From positions 30,378 to 94,377 of the forward strand of contig CBDDDG010000016.1 in the NCBI GenBank assembly GCA_965226555.1: a stretch of 64,000 nucleotides of DNA, read 5' to 3'. The stretch is from Salinispira sp. Lineage in GTDB: Bacteria > Spirochaetota > Spirochaetia > DSM-27196 > Salinispiraceae. Below, in pieces: positions 26,949 through 37,348 of this stretch (its first letter is position 1; every line of letters starts with the position of its first letter). A program made the translations under genes and the position numbers. The notes beneath the pieces are model-generated. The model made no database searches. It saw only the letters and a program-made list of their open reading frames with translations, and was not told the origin of the DNA.

Positions 26949-29900
26949 ATGCGCCGTCAACATTACTTCGGTAATGGTAGTATGAGCAGTTTATGTAAAC
27001 GTGCGGGCGCTCCCGCGCACACAGGTAAAAACGCAGGCGAGGGCGGCGGAGCAAGGCCCAGCTTCGGCGCTCCCGCGCACAAGGGTAAAACCATTCATGG
27101 ATTACCCCGCATCGAATTGAAACATTTTGGAGCATGTCTTTGCATGCTCCTCGTATGTATGCCGGTATCAAGTAGAGATATTCCCTATACGATATGGGTA
27201 GAACGGGAGTCATTGACTCATCCCGGATACGGTCCGGATGTTATAGACATTCAGGAAATACCTATCTATGAAGATAAATTAATTGAACATTGGGAGAATT
27301 GTGATATCGATCTTCTGGATGACGGATTTTCGTATATATATGCGTGTGACCAAGTATGGAAAACGGTTTCCGAACAGGTTGGTACAACCTATACATACAA
27401 AAGACGTGTTGTCAATGTGATGATTCCTGAAATCATAACACATACCGATGAAACACCTGAAGACATTACTGAAGATGTACCTGGCATTGATGATGTGGAT
27501 AATCAACAGACAAATGCGGACAATTTGTCAGAACTCACGGAATCACTCGATCCGGATCCGATTACTGATAATCTGGATGATACGAAAGATAGAGAACAGG
27601 CAGATCGTATCACTGATGAAGATGAGGTTTCCAACAGTGTCACCGGCGGCGATCCGGTGCGCCTGACGACAGGTGAGTTTGTGACCAGTGTGAGTGATAT
27701 GTTCATGATGCTCGGGGTGAATAGTGTTGATATCTCACGGCATTACGACAAGGGCATAGCCTACGGGCAGACCTTTGGGTCGGCATGGCATTCAGAGATT
27801 GACACGAGGATTGTCCGGGGGATCAACGATAATGCTCAGTCAGATTTTGATGATTTAGATGATATGTACCGCACTGCGCTTTCTGCATATCAGCAGGCTT
27901 ATGCAGACTATACGACAAGTCTGACAACAATACAGTCTGTTATTGATGCTCTTAATGAAGTTAAAACAGAACTTGCAACCGGAAGGAACACACTTCAGGA
28001 GGCGCAAAATAATCTCGGCACTTCCGATACCGATGCTCATAAAAAATTGCAGGAATATATTGACAGTATCACCCAACGGATTACCTCGATAAATACGTTA
28101 CTTGCTGAATGGGAAACACAACAGCATAATGCCATAATGAATGTTCTGCCGCAGATTCAGTCTGCCGAGCGGCACCTTCAGAACATTGAAGCGCAGCGGG
28201 ATGCGTTTCACAACTATCTTGTTCACACCCAGCGCAACACTTCCCTGAATGCGGTATCCACACAGGATACAGACTTTGCCCGTTCATTCATCAACGGTGT
28301 TGATACCCTCACCCTCATAAGCCCCCGATTGCAGCAGGTACAGTTCTCCTATGACTCTCAGCCGGATTACTCTGCCGCGATGACCTACCCGGGCACAGAC
28401 CTCATTAACTACTATCCGGCAGGATCAACCTTCACCGCATTATATCCAAACCAGGGAGAACTGAAACTGACACCATACGGAAAATTTATTTACACCGACA
28501 CCGACCAGAGCCGCTACCGCTATAATCACTTCGGACAACTTGAGCAGATACAATACGATGACCTGTCAACCATCACCGTAACCCATGACGCGCAGGGAAA
28601 CCTCACAGAGCTCACCGACCACTGGGGGCGCAGCATCAGCGCACAGTACAATACCGCGGGAAATATCATCACCCTCACCGATCCCGCAGGACACGATGTT
28701 ACCTACCGGTACACGGCAGACGGATACCTCCGGCAGGTTACCTATCCGAATGACGATACCATTGCCTACACCTACCGTGACGACAGGCTCACCTCAATCA
28801 TCAAACCCGATTCCTCCCGCATACGGTACACATGGACTGAACTGACCCCCGGGGACTTCAGGGTAACATCGGTAAGCGATGAAGAGAATGCCGAAGAAAC
28901 CTTCAGCTACAACACCGTCGACAATCGGACAACATACACCTCACCCTCGGGCGTCAGCCAGCGGCATTACTCCGATGCCCGCTACCGGGAAACCCGCATT
29001 GAGTACGAAGACGGCAGCGCTGAAACCTTTCTCTACGACAGGAACAACAACCAGATACAGGCAACGAGGCGCAATGGCGCCGTCATCACCCGCGCCTACA
29101 ACAATAGCGGAAACATCACCGCAGTTACCGATGAAACCGGAAACACCGAAGCATATCGGTATGACACTGCCAACCGCCTGACATCATTCACCGACAAAAA
29201 CGGCGATACCACCGGCTACACCTACGATACCGCGGGAAACCTCACGAGGATCACCCATCCTGATCTGAATGTCATACAGATACAGTACGGCGATTACGGA
29301 CTTCCGGTTGTCTATGAGAATGAGGAAGGAGAACAGACTACCTACACCTACGATTCCTCCGGGCACATCGCCTCGGTAACAGACGGCGAAGGATCAACAT
29401 GGGCATACACCCATGACATTCTTGGAAACCTCCTCACAGAAACCGATCCTGCGGGAGCGCTAACAACACATACCTACGACACGAGAAACAGACGAATACG
29501 CACAACATATCCTGATGCCAGCGTAGAGCGCTGGGAGTACAGTAACCGCGGCGATCTCTCATCGTTTACCGATACCGCAGGATATATAACCGCATATACC
29601 TACGACAAACGCCACCTGCTCAGGAGCATCACGAACCCCCTCGGGGAAACAACGCAGTACACCTACCGCCCTGACCGCATGCAGACAGAACAGATAAGCC
29701 CGGCAGGATACCGGATGATATACACCTACAACACGGTGGGGCGCCTGAGTGAAATCTCCTATCCTGATGCCGGAGAAGGTATGAGGTACACCTACGATCC
29801 TGCGGGAACTGTCAGCAGTATCACCGACAGCAGCGGCGCCGCGCATATCTTCAGCTATAATGCCCGCGATGAACTCATTCGGGCGCAGTATCCCGACGGT

Positions 29901-32900
29901 TCAACTGAGTCATTCACCTATACCCCCCGGGGGGAAGTATCATCGCACAGCGATGCTGACGGATACCTCTGGCAGTATACCTATGATTCCCGGGGGCGGC
30001 TTGTCGCAGAAATTGACCCCGCTTCCTTTGCGACAACCTATACCTATGACAGAGCCGGGCGCATGCGGTCGATTCGCGATCCTGAAGGTCATATCCGGCG
30101 CTATGAGTATAATGCGCAGGGTCTTGTTACCCGCATTACCGACCCACAGGGAAACAGCGAGGGCTTTACCTATGACAGCAGAATGAACAGAACAGGCTAC
30201 ACCGATGCAGAAGGACATATCTGGGCATATCACTACGATGTCATAAACCGCCTTATCGGGATGACTGACCCTGAAAACTACCGTGTTCACTATGAATATG
30301 ATGCGCAGGACAATCGCACCCGCCATACCGATGCTGACGGCGGGACGCATGTATATGGATATGACCGGTTGCAGCGGATCACCGCCATTACCGATCCTGC
30401 GGGGCACACGGAGTATACCGCCTATGACAGCGAGGGAAACGTCAGTTCCTCCACGGACAAAGACGGAAGTACCTGGAATTACACGCATGATGCGCAGGGC
30501 AGAATGACGAGCGCGCAGGCTCCTGACGGGGGGCAGGTTCGCTATGCGTATGATAGGCGCGGACAGCTTATTGCCGTGAGCAATGAATTGGGTCATACAA
30601 CACGCTACCAGTATGACAGCGTTGGGAACATGGTGATGAAAACCGATGAAGAGCAGCAGAGGTATGAGTATACCTACAACAACAGGCGGCAGCTCATCGG
30701 TGAGACTGACGGTTCAGGAAAAACTCACCGCTATGAGTATGATGCGAGGGGGCAGATGATCCGGGAGGTGAATCGCCTCGGACGCTCCCAGCGATATGAA
30801 TACGATGCGCGCGGTCTTCTCACCGATGTGTATGATTTTAACGGAACGCGCATACAGTACACCTACGATGATCTTGAGCGCGTAACCGGTGAGTACGCAG
30901 ACGGGGTCGTGCAATCATCCTTTCAGTATGATGACAGGGGAAACATTATCAGGGCAGTCAATGATACCGCGAGCCTGAGTTTCACCTACGACAGGAGAGG
31001 ATACCTCACACGCTCATCGGACAGCCTCTCCGATACCCGCCAGTCATATACCTATAACGGACGGGGACTTCTGACAACACACAGCATGTCGGAAGCGGCG
31101 CAGCCCATACGCTATACCTACAATGCCCGTTCAGACATTACCAGTATCACTGACCCTTCAGGCGGAGTAAACACATACACCTACAACACACGTTCGCAGG
31201 TTACCCGGGTCGACCGCGCTCATGGTTTGAATGATATCTACACCTACGATAGTAACGGGCGCCAAACATCTCACCTCATTACCGAAGATTCACGGACACA
31301 GGAGCGTCGTGTTCAGGGTGAAAGTTATGTGTACAACACCGCCGGTCAGCGGATATTCGCGGTATCGGAAACAGGAGACTACACCCGCTATTCCTATGAC
31401 GCGGCAGGCCGGTTAACAGAGGTTTTGTATCCTATCGGGAACAATAAGGAGTTTCTCCCTGCTGATATGAAAGCCGCCACCCTCTCAGGCTTTTACACCG
31501 GTGAAACTGAATCGGGGAGAGATCACATCGACTTCGATGAGCTTGACCCGCCCGAATCCGCTGAAACCACCGTCCTCCCCGGCGGAGATGTCCTTATCAC
31601 CGGAGAAACCGATACCGCCTACTGGGGAATACTCCGGCTGGTTCGGGAATCGGAAAACGGAACCTTCTTACCCATGAACATACGCACCTCCGATTCCGAC
31701 ACTCCCTCCCCGACCCCGCCGGTGAACATCGGCAGTCCGCACAAAGACCGATACCTCGTTACCGCCGATATGTATACGAGAATATTTCTTGACAATGCCT
31801 CCCGCAATAGTGTCGGCGCTGCGCTTGACCGCATTGCCCCCGATGTCTCCCTCGACAGTACCCTTCTCATGTGGCCTGAAACGTTTACCTACGATACGAG
31901 AGGCAACAGAACATCGGCGCGCACTCCCTGGGGCATCCGCCTGAGTACCTACGATGATGACAACCGCCTCATAACAGAAGCGGGAACATCCTACACCTAT
32001 GACCATAACGGGAACGCCATAGAGGAAACAGCTGAAATGTACAGCATCCGCTCCCGCTATACCTACGATAACAGGCTGTCTTCACTCGTAAAAACAACGG
32101 CAGACAGAACCGAGTATTCCGCATACCACTATGATGCTCTGCGGCGGCGGGTGCATGATCTGTCGTGGTACACCCGGGCCGATCATCGTATTACCGGACT
32201 TCTCGATGACACCCGCCATGCCTACCGGGGACTCAGTCTTAACAGGGTTGCCGGGGTGAGCCGAAGCGGAAAGCTGAGCTCTGAGAACACACATACATCT
32301 GTTTCCTACCACGGGGTTCCTGACACATACCGAAAAAGGTATACGACCGACAGGAACGGTATAATCTCATCGCATATGACTGACGACTCCGGGGAAGGCG
32401 GAGCCCATAACTATTACCATACCGATGTGCTCGGAAGCACGGTGCTCAGTGTGGAACGGGGCAGGCAGTACCGCGTTGACTATGATGCCTTCGGGAGCCA
32501 GATAACAGGAAAGCCGCAGTTCGACTTTGCCTATAACGGCAAACGCCGCGATCAGGTTACCGGGGTATATAACTACGGTTTTCGTGAATACGCCGCTGCC
32601 GCGGGAAGGTTTATTACACGCGATCCCATACGCGATGGAACAAACTGGTATTCCTATGTGCGAAATGACCCAGTGAACTATGTTGATCCGTTGGGATTAC
32701 GTCCCGTTCAAGCGGCAGGTACCGCAGACCGCAGAAGTTCACCGCCTTCATTCAAGGAGAATGAGGGCGCCGACAGGCCCAGTCCCAGCCGACCGGATAC
32801 GGGCGGCGCTCCATCGAATCGCTCGAATTCAGGTGAAATTCACTATCAAAAGGTTTTTGATCCAACTGCGTTTCACTGCGATGCCATAGCATGGAATACG

Positions 32901-33263
32901 GCATTGAGTAATGGTTATGATCCCCGTCCGCCGGATGGACAGACATGGAATGCAGACACCATAACAGTTCCGCAAATCCGCGACATATATTCAACCGATA
33001 ATCTCACAATCTCATCCGCAAACATCAGGTCTGCCATAAACAATCTTCCAGAACATACGCGTCCCCAGGCAGGATACCTGTTCAGCGGTGAAAACGGAAA
33101 CAGCCATATTGAATTTGTTGAATTCATCTACGATGAAGACGGAATGCTCACCGGATACACCGAATATGATACTGATGGTATAGATGATCCTAAGCAGAGA
33201 CCACGACCTCTGGAAACGGCTTCGAGAACTCCACGATCATTCGTATTTTTGGATAATCTATAA
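26949..33263 (+). CDS. Rhs/YD-repeat protein with DUF6531-like domain, RHS-associated core and ~187-aa C-terminal domain; true start uncertain (26949, 26982 or TTG 27117)
   Basis: GDPVRLTTGEF...FGSAW; dozens of YxYD..G repeats; core YYHTDVLGS...GRFITRDP...DPVNYVDPLGL ending at 32699. Confidence 0.93.
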   Translation: MRRQHYFGNGSMSSLCKRAGAPAHTGKNAGEGGGARPSFGAPAHKGKTIHGLPRIELKHFGACLCMLLVCMPVSSRDIPYTIWVERESLTHPGYGPDVIDIQEIPIYEDKLIEHWENCDIDLLDDGFSYIYACDQVWKTVSEQVGTTYTYKRRVVNVMIPEIITHTDETPEDITEDVPGIDDVDNQQTNADNLSELTESLDPDPITDNLDDTKDREQADRITDEDEVSNSVTGGDPVRLTTGEFVTSVSDMFMMLGVNSVDISRHYDKGIAYGQTFGSAWHSEIDTRIVRGINDNAQSDFDDLDDMYRTALSAYQQAYADYTTSLTTIQSVIDALNEVKTELATGRNTLQEAQNNLGTSDTDAHKKLQEYIDSITQRITSINTLLAEWETQQHNAIMNVLPQIQSAERHLQNIEAQRDAFHNYLVHTQRNTSLNAVSTQDTDFARSFINGVDTLTLISPRLQQVQFSYDSQPDYSAAMTYPGTDLINYYPAGSTFTALYPNQGELKLTPYGKFIYTDTDQSRYRYNHFGQLEQIQYDDLSTITVTHDAQGNLTELTDHWGRSISAQYNTAGNIITLTDPAGHDVTYRYTADGYLRQVTYPNDDTIAYTYRDDRLTSIIKPDSSRIRYTWTELTPGDFRVTSVSDEENAEETFSYNTVDNRTTYTSPSGVSQRHYSDARYRETRIEYEDGSAETFLYDRNNNQIQATRRNGAVITRAYNNSGNITAVTDETGNTEAYRYDTANRLTSFTDKNGDTTGYTYDTAGNLTRITHPDLNVIQIQYGDYGLPVVYENEEGEQTTYTYDSSGHIASVTDGEGSTWAYTHDILGNLLTETDPAGALTTHTYDTRNRRIRTTYPDASVERWEYSNRGDLSSFTDTAGYITAYTYDKRHLLRSITNPLGETTQYTYRPDRMQTEQISPAGYRMIYTYNTVGRLSEISYPDAGEGMRYTYDPAGTVSSITDSSGAAHIFSYNARDELIRAQYPDGSTESFTYTPRGEVSSHSDADGYLWQYTYDSRGRLVAEIDPASFATTYTYDRAGRMRSIRDPEGHIRRYEYNAQGLVTRITDPQGNSEGFTYDSRMNRTGYTDAEGHIWAYHYDVINRLIGMTDPENYRVHYEYDAQDNRTRHTDADGGTHVYGYDRLQRITAITDPAGHTEYTAYDSEGNVSSSTDKDGSTWNYTHDAQGRMTSAQAPDGGQVRYAYDRRGQLIAVSNELGHTTRYQYDSVGNMVMKTDEEQQRYEYTYNNRRQLIGETDGSGKTHRYEYDARGQMIREVNRLGRSQRYEYDARGLLTDVYDFNGTRIQYTYDDLERVTGEYADGVVQSSFQYDDRGNIIRAVNDTASLSFTYDRRGYLTRSSDSLSDTRQSYTYNGRGLLTTHSMSEAAQPIRYTYNARSDITSITDPSGGVNTYTYNTRSQVTRVDRAHGLNDIYTYDSNGRQTSHLITEDSRTQERRVQGESYVYNTAGQRIFAVSETGDYTRYSYDAAGRLTEVLYPIGNNKEFLPADMKAATLSGFYTGETESGRDHIDFDELDPPESAETTVLPGGDVLITGETDTAYWGILRLVRESENGTFLPMNIRTSDSDTPSPTPPVNIGSPHKDRYLVTADMYTRIFLDNASRNSVGAALDRIAPDVSLDSTLLMWPETFTYDTRGNRTSARTPWGIRLSTYDDDNRLITEAGTSYTYDHNGNAIEETAEMYSIRSRYTYDNRLSSLVKTTADRTEYSAYHYDALRRRVHDLSWYTRADHRITGLLDDTRHAYRGLSLNRVAGVSRSGKLSSENTHTSVSYHGVPDTYRKRYTTDRNGIISSHMTDDSGEGGAHNYYHTDVLGSTVLSVERGRQYRVDYDAFGSQITGKPQFDFAYNGKRRDQVTGVYNYGFREYAAAAGRFITRDPIRDGTNWYSYVRNDPVNYVDPLGLRPVQAAGTADRRSSPPSFKENEGADRPSPSRPDTGGAPSNRSNSGEIHYQKVFDPTAFHCDAIAWNTALSNGYDPRPPDGQTWNADTITVPQIRDIYSTDNLTISSANIRSAINNLPEHTRPQAGYLFSGENGNSHIEFVEFIYDEDGMLTGYTEYDTDGIDDPKQRPRPLETASRTPRSFVFLDNL

Positions 33264-33457
33264 CAACGTTTTGCAGAGCACAGTTTTCAGGATGAGCATG
33301 GAGCATTATTTCGGGTTGGAACGGCAGCCATGGTCATAGGGAATGGGCTCTCAAAGGTTTATATCCCAAGCCCGTCCGCCGACAGAATAGAATAAACGCC
33401 CGCTGAAAATTTGTCGGGTAGTACTTTGAGTTATGCACTAAAATACCCGCAGAAACA

Positions 33458-34803
33458 TCACCACCACAATGGTTCATTACCTTCAAGCTGTGAACCGAGA
33501 AAGGTTTCAATTCTCTGTCCGCTGTATTTTCCATTCTCATCAAGTAAGCCGCCCCGGGCAAAGTGTTCACCCCATGGTTCAAGGTCTCCGGTAAATGATT
33601 GTGCATCTGCAAACATCCAGTTGATATTCTCCACTCTGCTCACATCCCAGCCTGATAAATCACTGCTAAAAACTTGAGTATCTGCAAACATCGCACCCAT
33701 ACTGATCACATTTCTCACATCCCAGATTGAGAGATCACTGCTAAATACTTTGCCACCGGTAAACATCTCACTCATATCGGTCACATTTCTCACATCCCAA
33801 CCAGACAGGTCACTGGTAAATACATCTGTAGCATAAAACATACTTTCCATATCAGTGACCTTACTCACATCCCATGTTGATAAATCACTGGTAAACTGTT
33901 GCGCAAAATTAAACATCACACTCATATCAGTGACCTTACTCACATCCCATGTTGATAAATCACTGGTAAATACCTTGGCACCTGAAAACATATAGCTCAT
34001 ATCAGTGACCTTGCTCACATTCCAAGCTGATAAATCGCTGGTAAATTGTTGCGCAAGACTAAACAGCTGGTTCATATCTGTGACCTTACTCACATTCCAG
34101 GCAGAAAGATCACTGGTGAATTGTTCGGCAAAAAGAAACATCGCGGACATATCAGTTACATTACTCACATCCCAATTCGATATATCACCATTAAATGATT
34201 CAGCGTATGAAAACATCTCACTCATATCAGTCACATTGCTGGTATCCCATGCTGAAATATCGCCATTGAATGCTGAATATTTTTTGAATTGATCATAAAA
34301 GGAGCTTGAATTAAATAGATTTGACATATCAGTTATCTCACTGGTATCAATGTAATTATAATCTCCCTCATTACCCCACAGTGCTATTCCTTCATCAATG
34401 ACCCGCTCCAGTTCATCCGTGTTTTCAGGACGTACCGTCAAATAAAACACTGTCTCGTGAATGAGAGCATTACTGTCGGTAGTATCCCGCACCAGCACCC
34501 GGTAGGCTCCCGGAGTACTTTCTTCAGTAACCGTGATCATCCCCCGCCGTCAATAACAGGTTGTGTAATTTCAGACAATACAGCTCCTTCTCCAAACACC
34601 GCGGGGCTAAGCGCCACCATGAGGTCGCTCGATCTAATAAACCCTTCTGCGGGGGCTACTTCTGCTGCCTCACCCGACTGTGCAGCAGAATAGGTAACGG
34701 GAGAAAACCCTCGGCTCTGGCAACTTATAATACAGGGAAACACAAGAAACAAAACAAAGATAATCCGCTGTATGCTGTACGATAGTTTCATACCACCATT
34801 CAT
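33458..34803 (-). pseudogene. DUF285 lipoprotein split by a 1-nt frameshift (ORFs 34537-34818 and 33458-34540)
   Basis: Lipobox IISC in the upstream ORF. The junction QPVIDGGG|MITVTEESTPGAY aligns with TPPTVNKSTGLVTVTAGTTAGTY of the paralogues. G5 tract at 34541-34545. Confidence 0.8.
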
Positions 34804-34839
34804 ATATACTCCTTTCATATCTCCATAATATATGAAAAA

Positions 34840-35057
34840 TGGATCGCCCCGGGTTTTGGAAAGACTTTAAACTGCCGTAGGAGATGTTCCTTCTGCAGCG
34901 TATAATACATTTCTTCAAACTCGACTGGGGAGATATTCCCCAGCGCTTCATATAGCCGTTTGTTATTGAACCAACTCACCCATTCCAGTGTAGCATATTC
35001 AACAGGAACAATGTCCTGCCATGTCTTTCTCCGCTGAATGATCTCGGTCTTGAATTC
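34840..35057 (-). mobile_element. IS3-family remnant (transposase C-terminus and right inverted repeat)
   Basis: Minus strand reads EFKTEIIQRRKTWQDIVPVEYATLEWVSWFNNKRLYEALGNISPVEFEEMYY. End TGGATCGCCCCGGGTTTT at 34840 resembles IS3-family IRs. Confidence 0.8.
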
Positions 35058-35262
35058 ACCGCGCGTCTATAAAATACTTGACTTTTCCATATTCTACTCG
35101 ATAGTATACGACCATGTACATAGAGATTTCATACAGCATGCGGGGGTTAGCTATGCCTTCTGGCTAATTCCCGTCTACCCGATACTGTGTAATGATCTCT
35201 ATGTACAAATGAGCTTACCCTCTTTGGGTAGGCGGTTACTTACTTACAAAGGAAGGTAATAT

Positions 35263-35616
35263 ATGTCTTTATTAAAAGATTTTCTGACAGCTTTAAAACC
35301 TAATGCTGATCCAGAATTAAAAAAGATTGTCGTTTTGTTGCTTGTATTAGCAGCATTTGTTTTTGTTGGGTGTAATAATCCAGAAACGGTTGGTACGGAT
35401 ACAAAAAATATAACTTGTGTTTCACAGACAACACCTGATTATTCGGGTGGTTCAATAGAAATTGAAATTTGTTTTGATGAAAATACACTTGAATACACTA
35501 AGTATTCTTGTACTAGTTCTATTATTGATTGTTACATTGATGAAAGAGGTAGAGCTTGTACACAATCTAAGGCGGATGCAAGTATTAAAAGTTGTATTGG
35601 ATTTACAAAATCATAA
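35263..35616 (+). CDS. Small AT-rich Cys-rich lipoprotein, unknown function
   Basis: SD GGAAGGT; lipobox FVGC; six further Cys; base composition differs from neighbours. Confidence 0.65.
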   Translation: MSLLKDFLTALKPNADPELKKIVVLLLVLAAFVFVGCNNPETVGTDTKNITCVSQTTPDYSGGSIEIEICFDENTLEYTKYSCTSSIIDCYIDERGRACTQSKADASIKSCIGFTKS

Positions 35617-35792
35617 CATTACGGTAGCACTGAAGGCGGACGGGGGGTTCGATTGTTCGATTCCCCCAACCCCATCCCTGATTTTACTTGCCTGAAAGAA
35701 AGATTTATCGGGTTCTGATTTGGGATATTTGCATATAGTTTTCTCTCATACCCCCTATTGTCAGGAAGGCTTCACTCCCGTATAGTGAAGGT

Positions 35793-37214
35793 GTGCGCAT
35801 GAAACCTCTTACAAAAATCATTACGACCATTTCGGATCAAAAATGCGATCCCGATTTCATCCGCTCGCTGTATGATGCGGGCATGACTGCGGTACGTCTG
35901 AATACCGCTCATCAGACCATTGAAGGCAGCCTGAAAGTTATTGAATCGGTCAGACAGGTTTCTGATCGTATTCCCATCATCCTCGATACAAAGGGGCCTG
36001 AAATACGGACGGCAAAAAATGCTGTTGAAATACCTGTGAAGAAGTCGCAGAAAATTATCGTTAAAGGCGGTTCCGACAAACTATCGACCCCCGAATGCGT
36101 CTACGTAAACTACCCTTATTTCGCTCAGAATCTCTCCCCGGGCGACCGCATACTTATTGACGATGGCGAACTGGAACTTGTGGTACAGGAAAAAGATGGA
36201 GATGCCCTTATCTGCATTGCCGGTAACGATGGTGAAATAAAATCGCGAAAGAGCGTAAATGTACCGAATGCGCGCATGAATCTTCCTGCCCTGAGTAGCC
36301 AAGATAAAGAATATCTTCAGCTTGCCATTGAACACAAAATCGATTTTATTGCCCATTCCTTTGTCCGAAATATAGATGATGTCGGCGAGATTCTTGATGT
36401 TCTCAGGGGGAGTACATGCCAGATCATCGCGAAAATTGAAAATCAGGAAGGTGTTGACAATATTGACAGCATTATCCGCAAGGTCTATGGAATCATGGTC
36501 GCGAGGGGAGATCTTGGAATTGAGATTGCCGCTGAGAAAATTCCCGCCATTCAGAAAATGATTATCCGAAAGTGCCGTGAAAAATGTACGCCGGTTATCA
36601 CCGCCACACAGATGCTCCATTCAATGATTGATTATCCCCGCCCGACCAGAGCTGAGGTCAGCGATGTTGCAAACGCCGTGCACGATGGCACAGATTGTCT
36701 CATGCTCAGTGGAGAAACTGCCTACGGCAGTTATCCTGTGGAAGCTGTACAAACCATGGCAAAAATAGCGAAGGCAGCCGAAGAATCGACAATGCCTATG
36801 ATTAACATTAATGTCGACCCGGCACATGAATCCATTCCCACATACCTCGCGCGGACTGCCGTTCTCGCTGAAACAGAAATACCCCTGAGCGCCATTGTCA
36901 TTGACACCGCAACTGGCCGAACTGCCCGATACATTTCTGCCTTCCGCGGGAATTCTCCAATTTATGTTGAATGCTATTCACCCGAAGTTATGCGGCAGCT
37001 CGCCATTGTTTACGGAGCTACTGCGAGCCATATGCCGGTGCGTCACACAGGAGTAGAAACATTCATTACTACCAGCCTGAATCATCTCATGGACGATGGT
37101 CTGCTCAAGGTCGATGACACCGTGCTTATTCTTGCCGGTCATTTCGGCCCCTCCACAGGCGCCTCATTCATTGAAATTGCCACCGTGCAGAATATGATAA
37201 ATCCCCCGGCTTAA
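35793..37214 (+). CDS. pyk: Pyruvate kinase
   Basis: RLNTAH, LDTKGPEIRT, IIAKIEN, IMVARGDLG, TATQML, MLSGETA. Confidence 0.97.
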   Translation: MRMKPLTKIITTISDQKCDPDFIRSLYDAGMTAVRLNTAHQTIEGSLKVIESVRQVSDRIPIILDTKGPEIRTAKNAVEIPVKKSQKIIVKGGSDKLSTPECVYVNYPYFAQNLSPGDRILIDDGELELVVQEKDGDALICIAGNDGEIKSRKSVNVPNARMNLPALSSQDKEYLQLAIEHKIDFIAHSFVRNIDDVGEILDVLRGSTCQIIAKIENQEGVDNIDSIIRKVYGIMVARGDLGIEIAAEKIPAIQKMIIRKCREKCTPVITATQMLHSMIDYPRPTRAEVSDVANAVHDGTDCLMLSGETAYGSYPVEAVQTMAKIAKAAEESTMPMININVDPAHESIPTYLARTAVLAETEIPLSAIVIDTATGRTARYISAFRGNSPIYVECYSPEVMRQLAIVYGATASHMPVRHTGVETFITTSLNHLMDDGLLKVDDTVLILAGHFGPSTGASFIEIATVQNMINPPA

Positions 37215-37348
37215 TGGAGCAGCCATGCCGAACAAAGCAAGCGCGCCGACCATATTATCATCGCCATCCTTACGGTTCCCTCAGATCAGGCGCATCGGGC
37301 TATGCCGCATTATCAGTAAAACTCAATACTCCCTGAGCACCCGCTGCT

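Noticed and set aside
33334..33677. Rhs immunity gene
   Set aside because: The only + strand ORF (33411-33677) mostly overlaps the DUF285 gene antisense, starts ~150 bp after the rhs stop and has no SD.
35620..35690. Intact tRNA or tmRNA gene
   Set aside because: Only a T-arm-like piece; no acceptor, D or anticodon arms, and no CCA.
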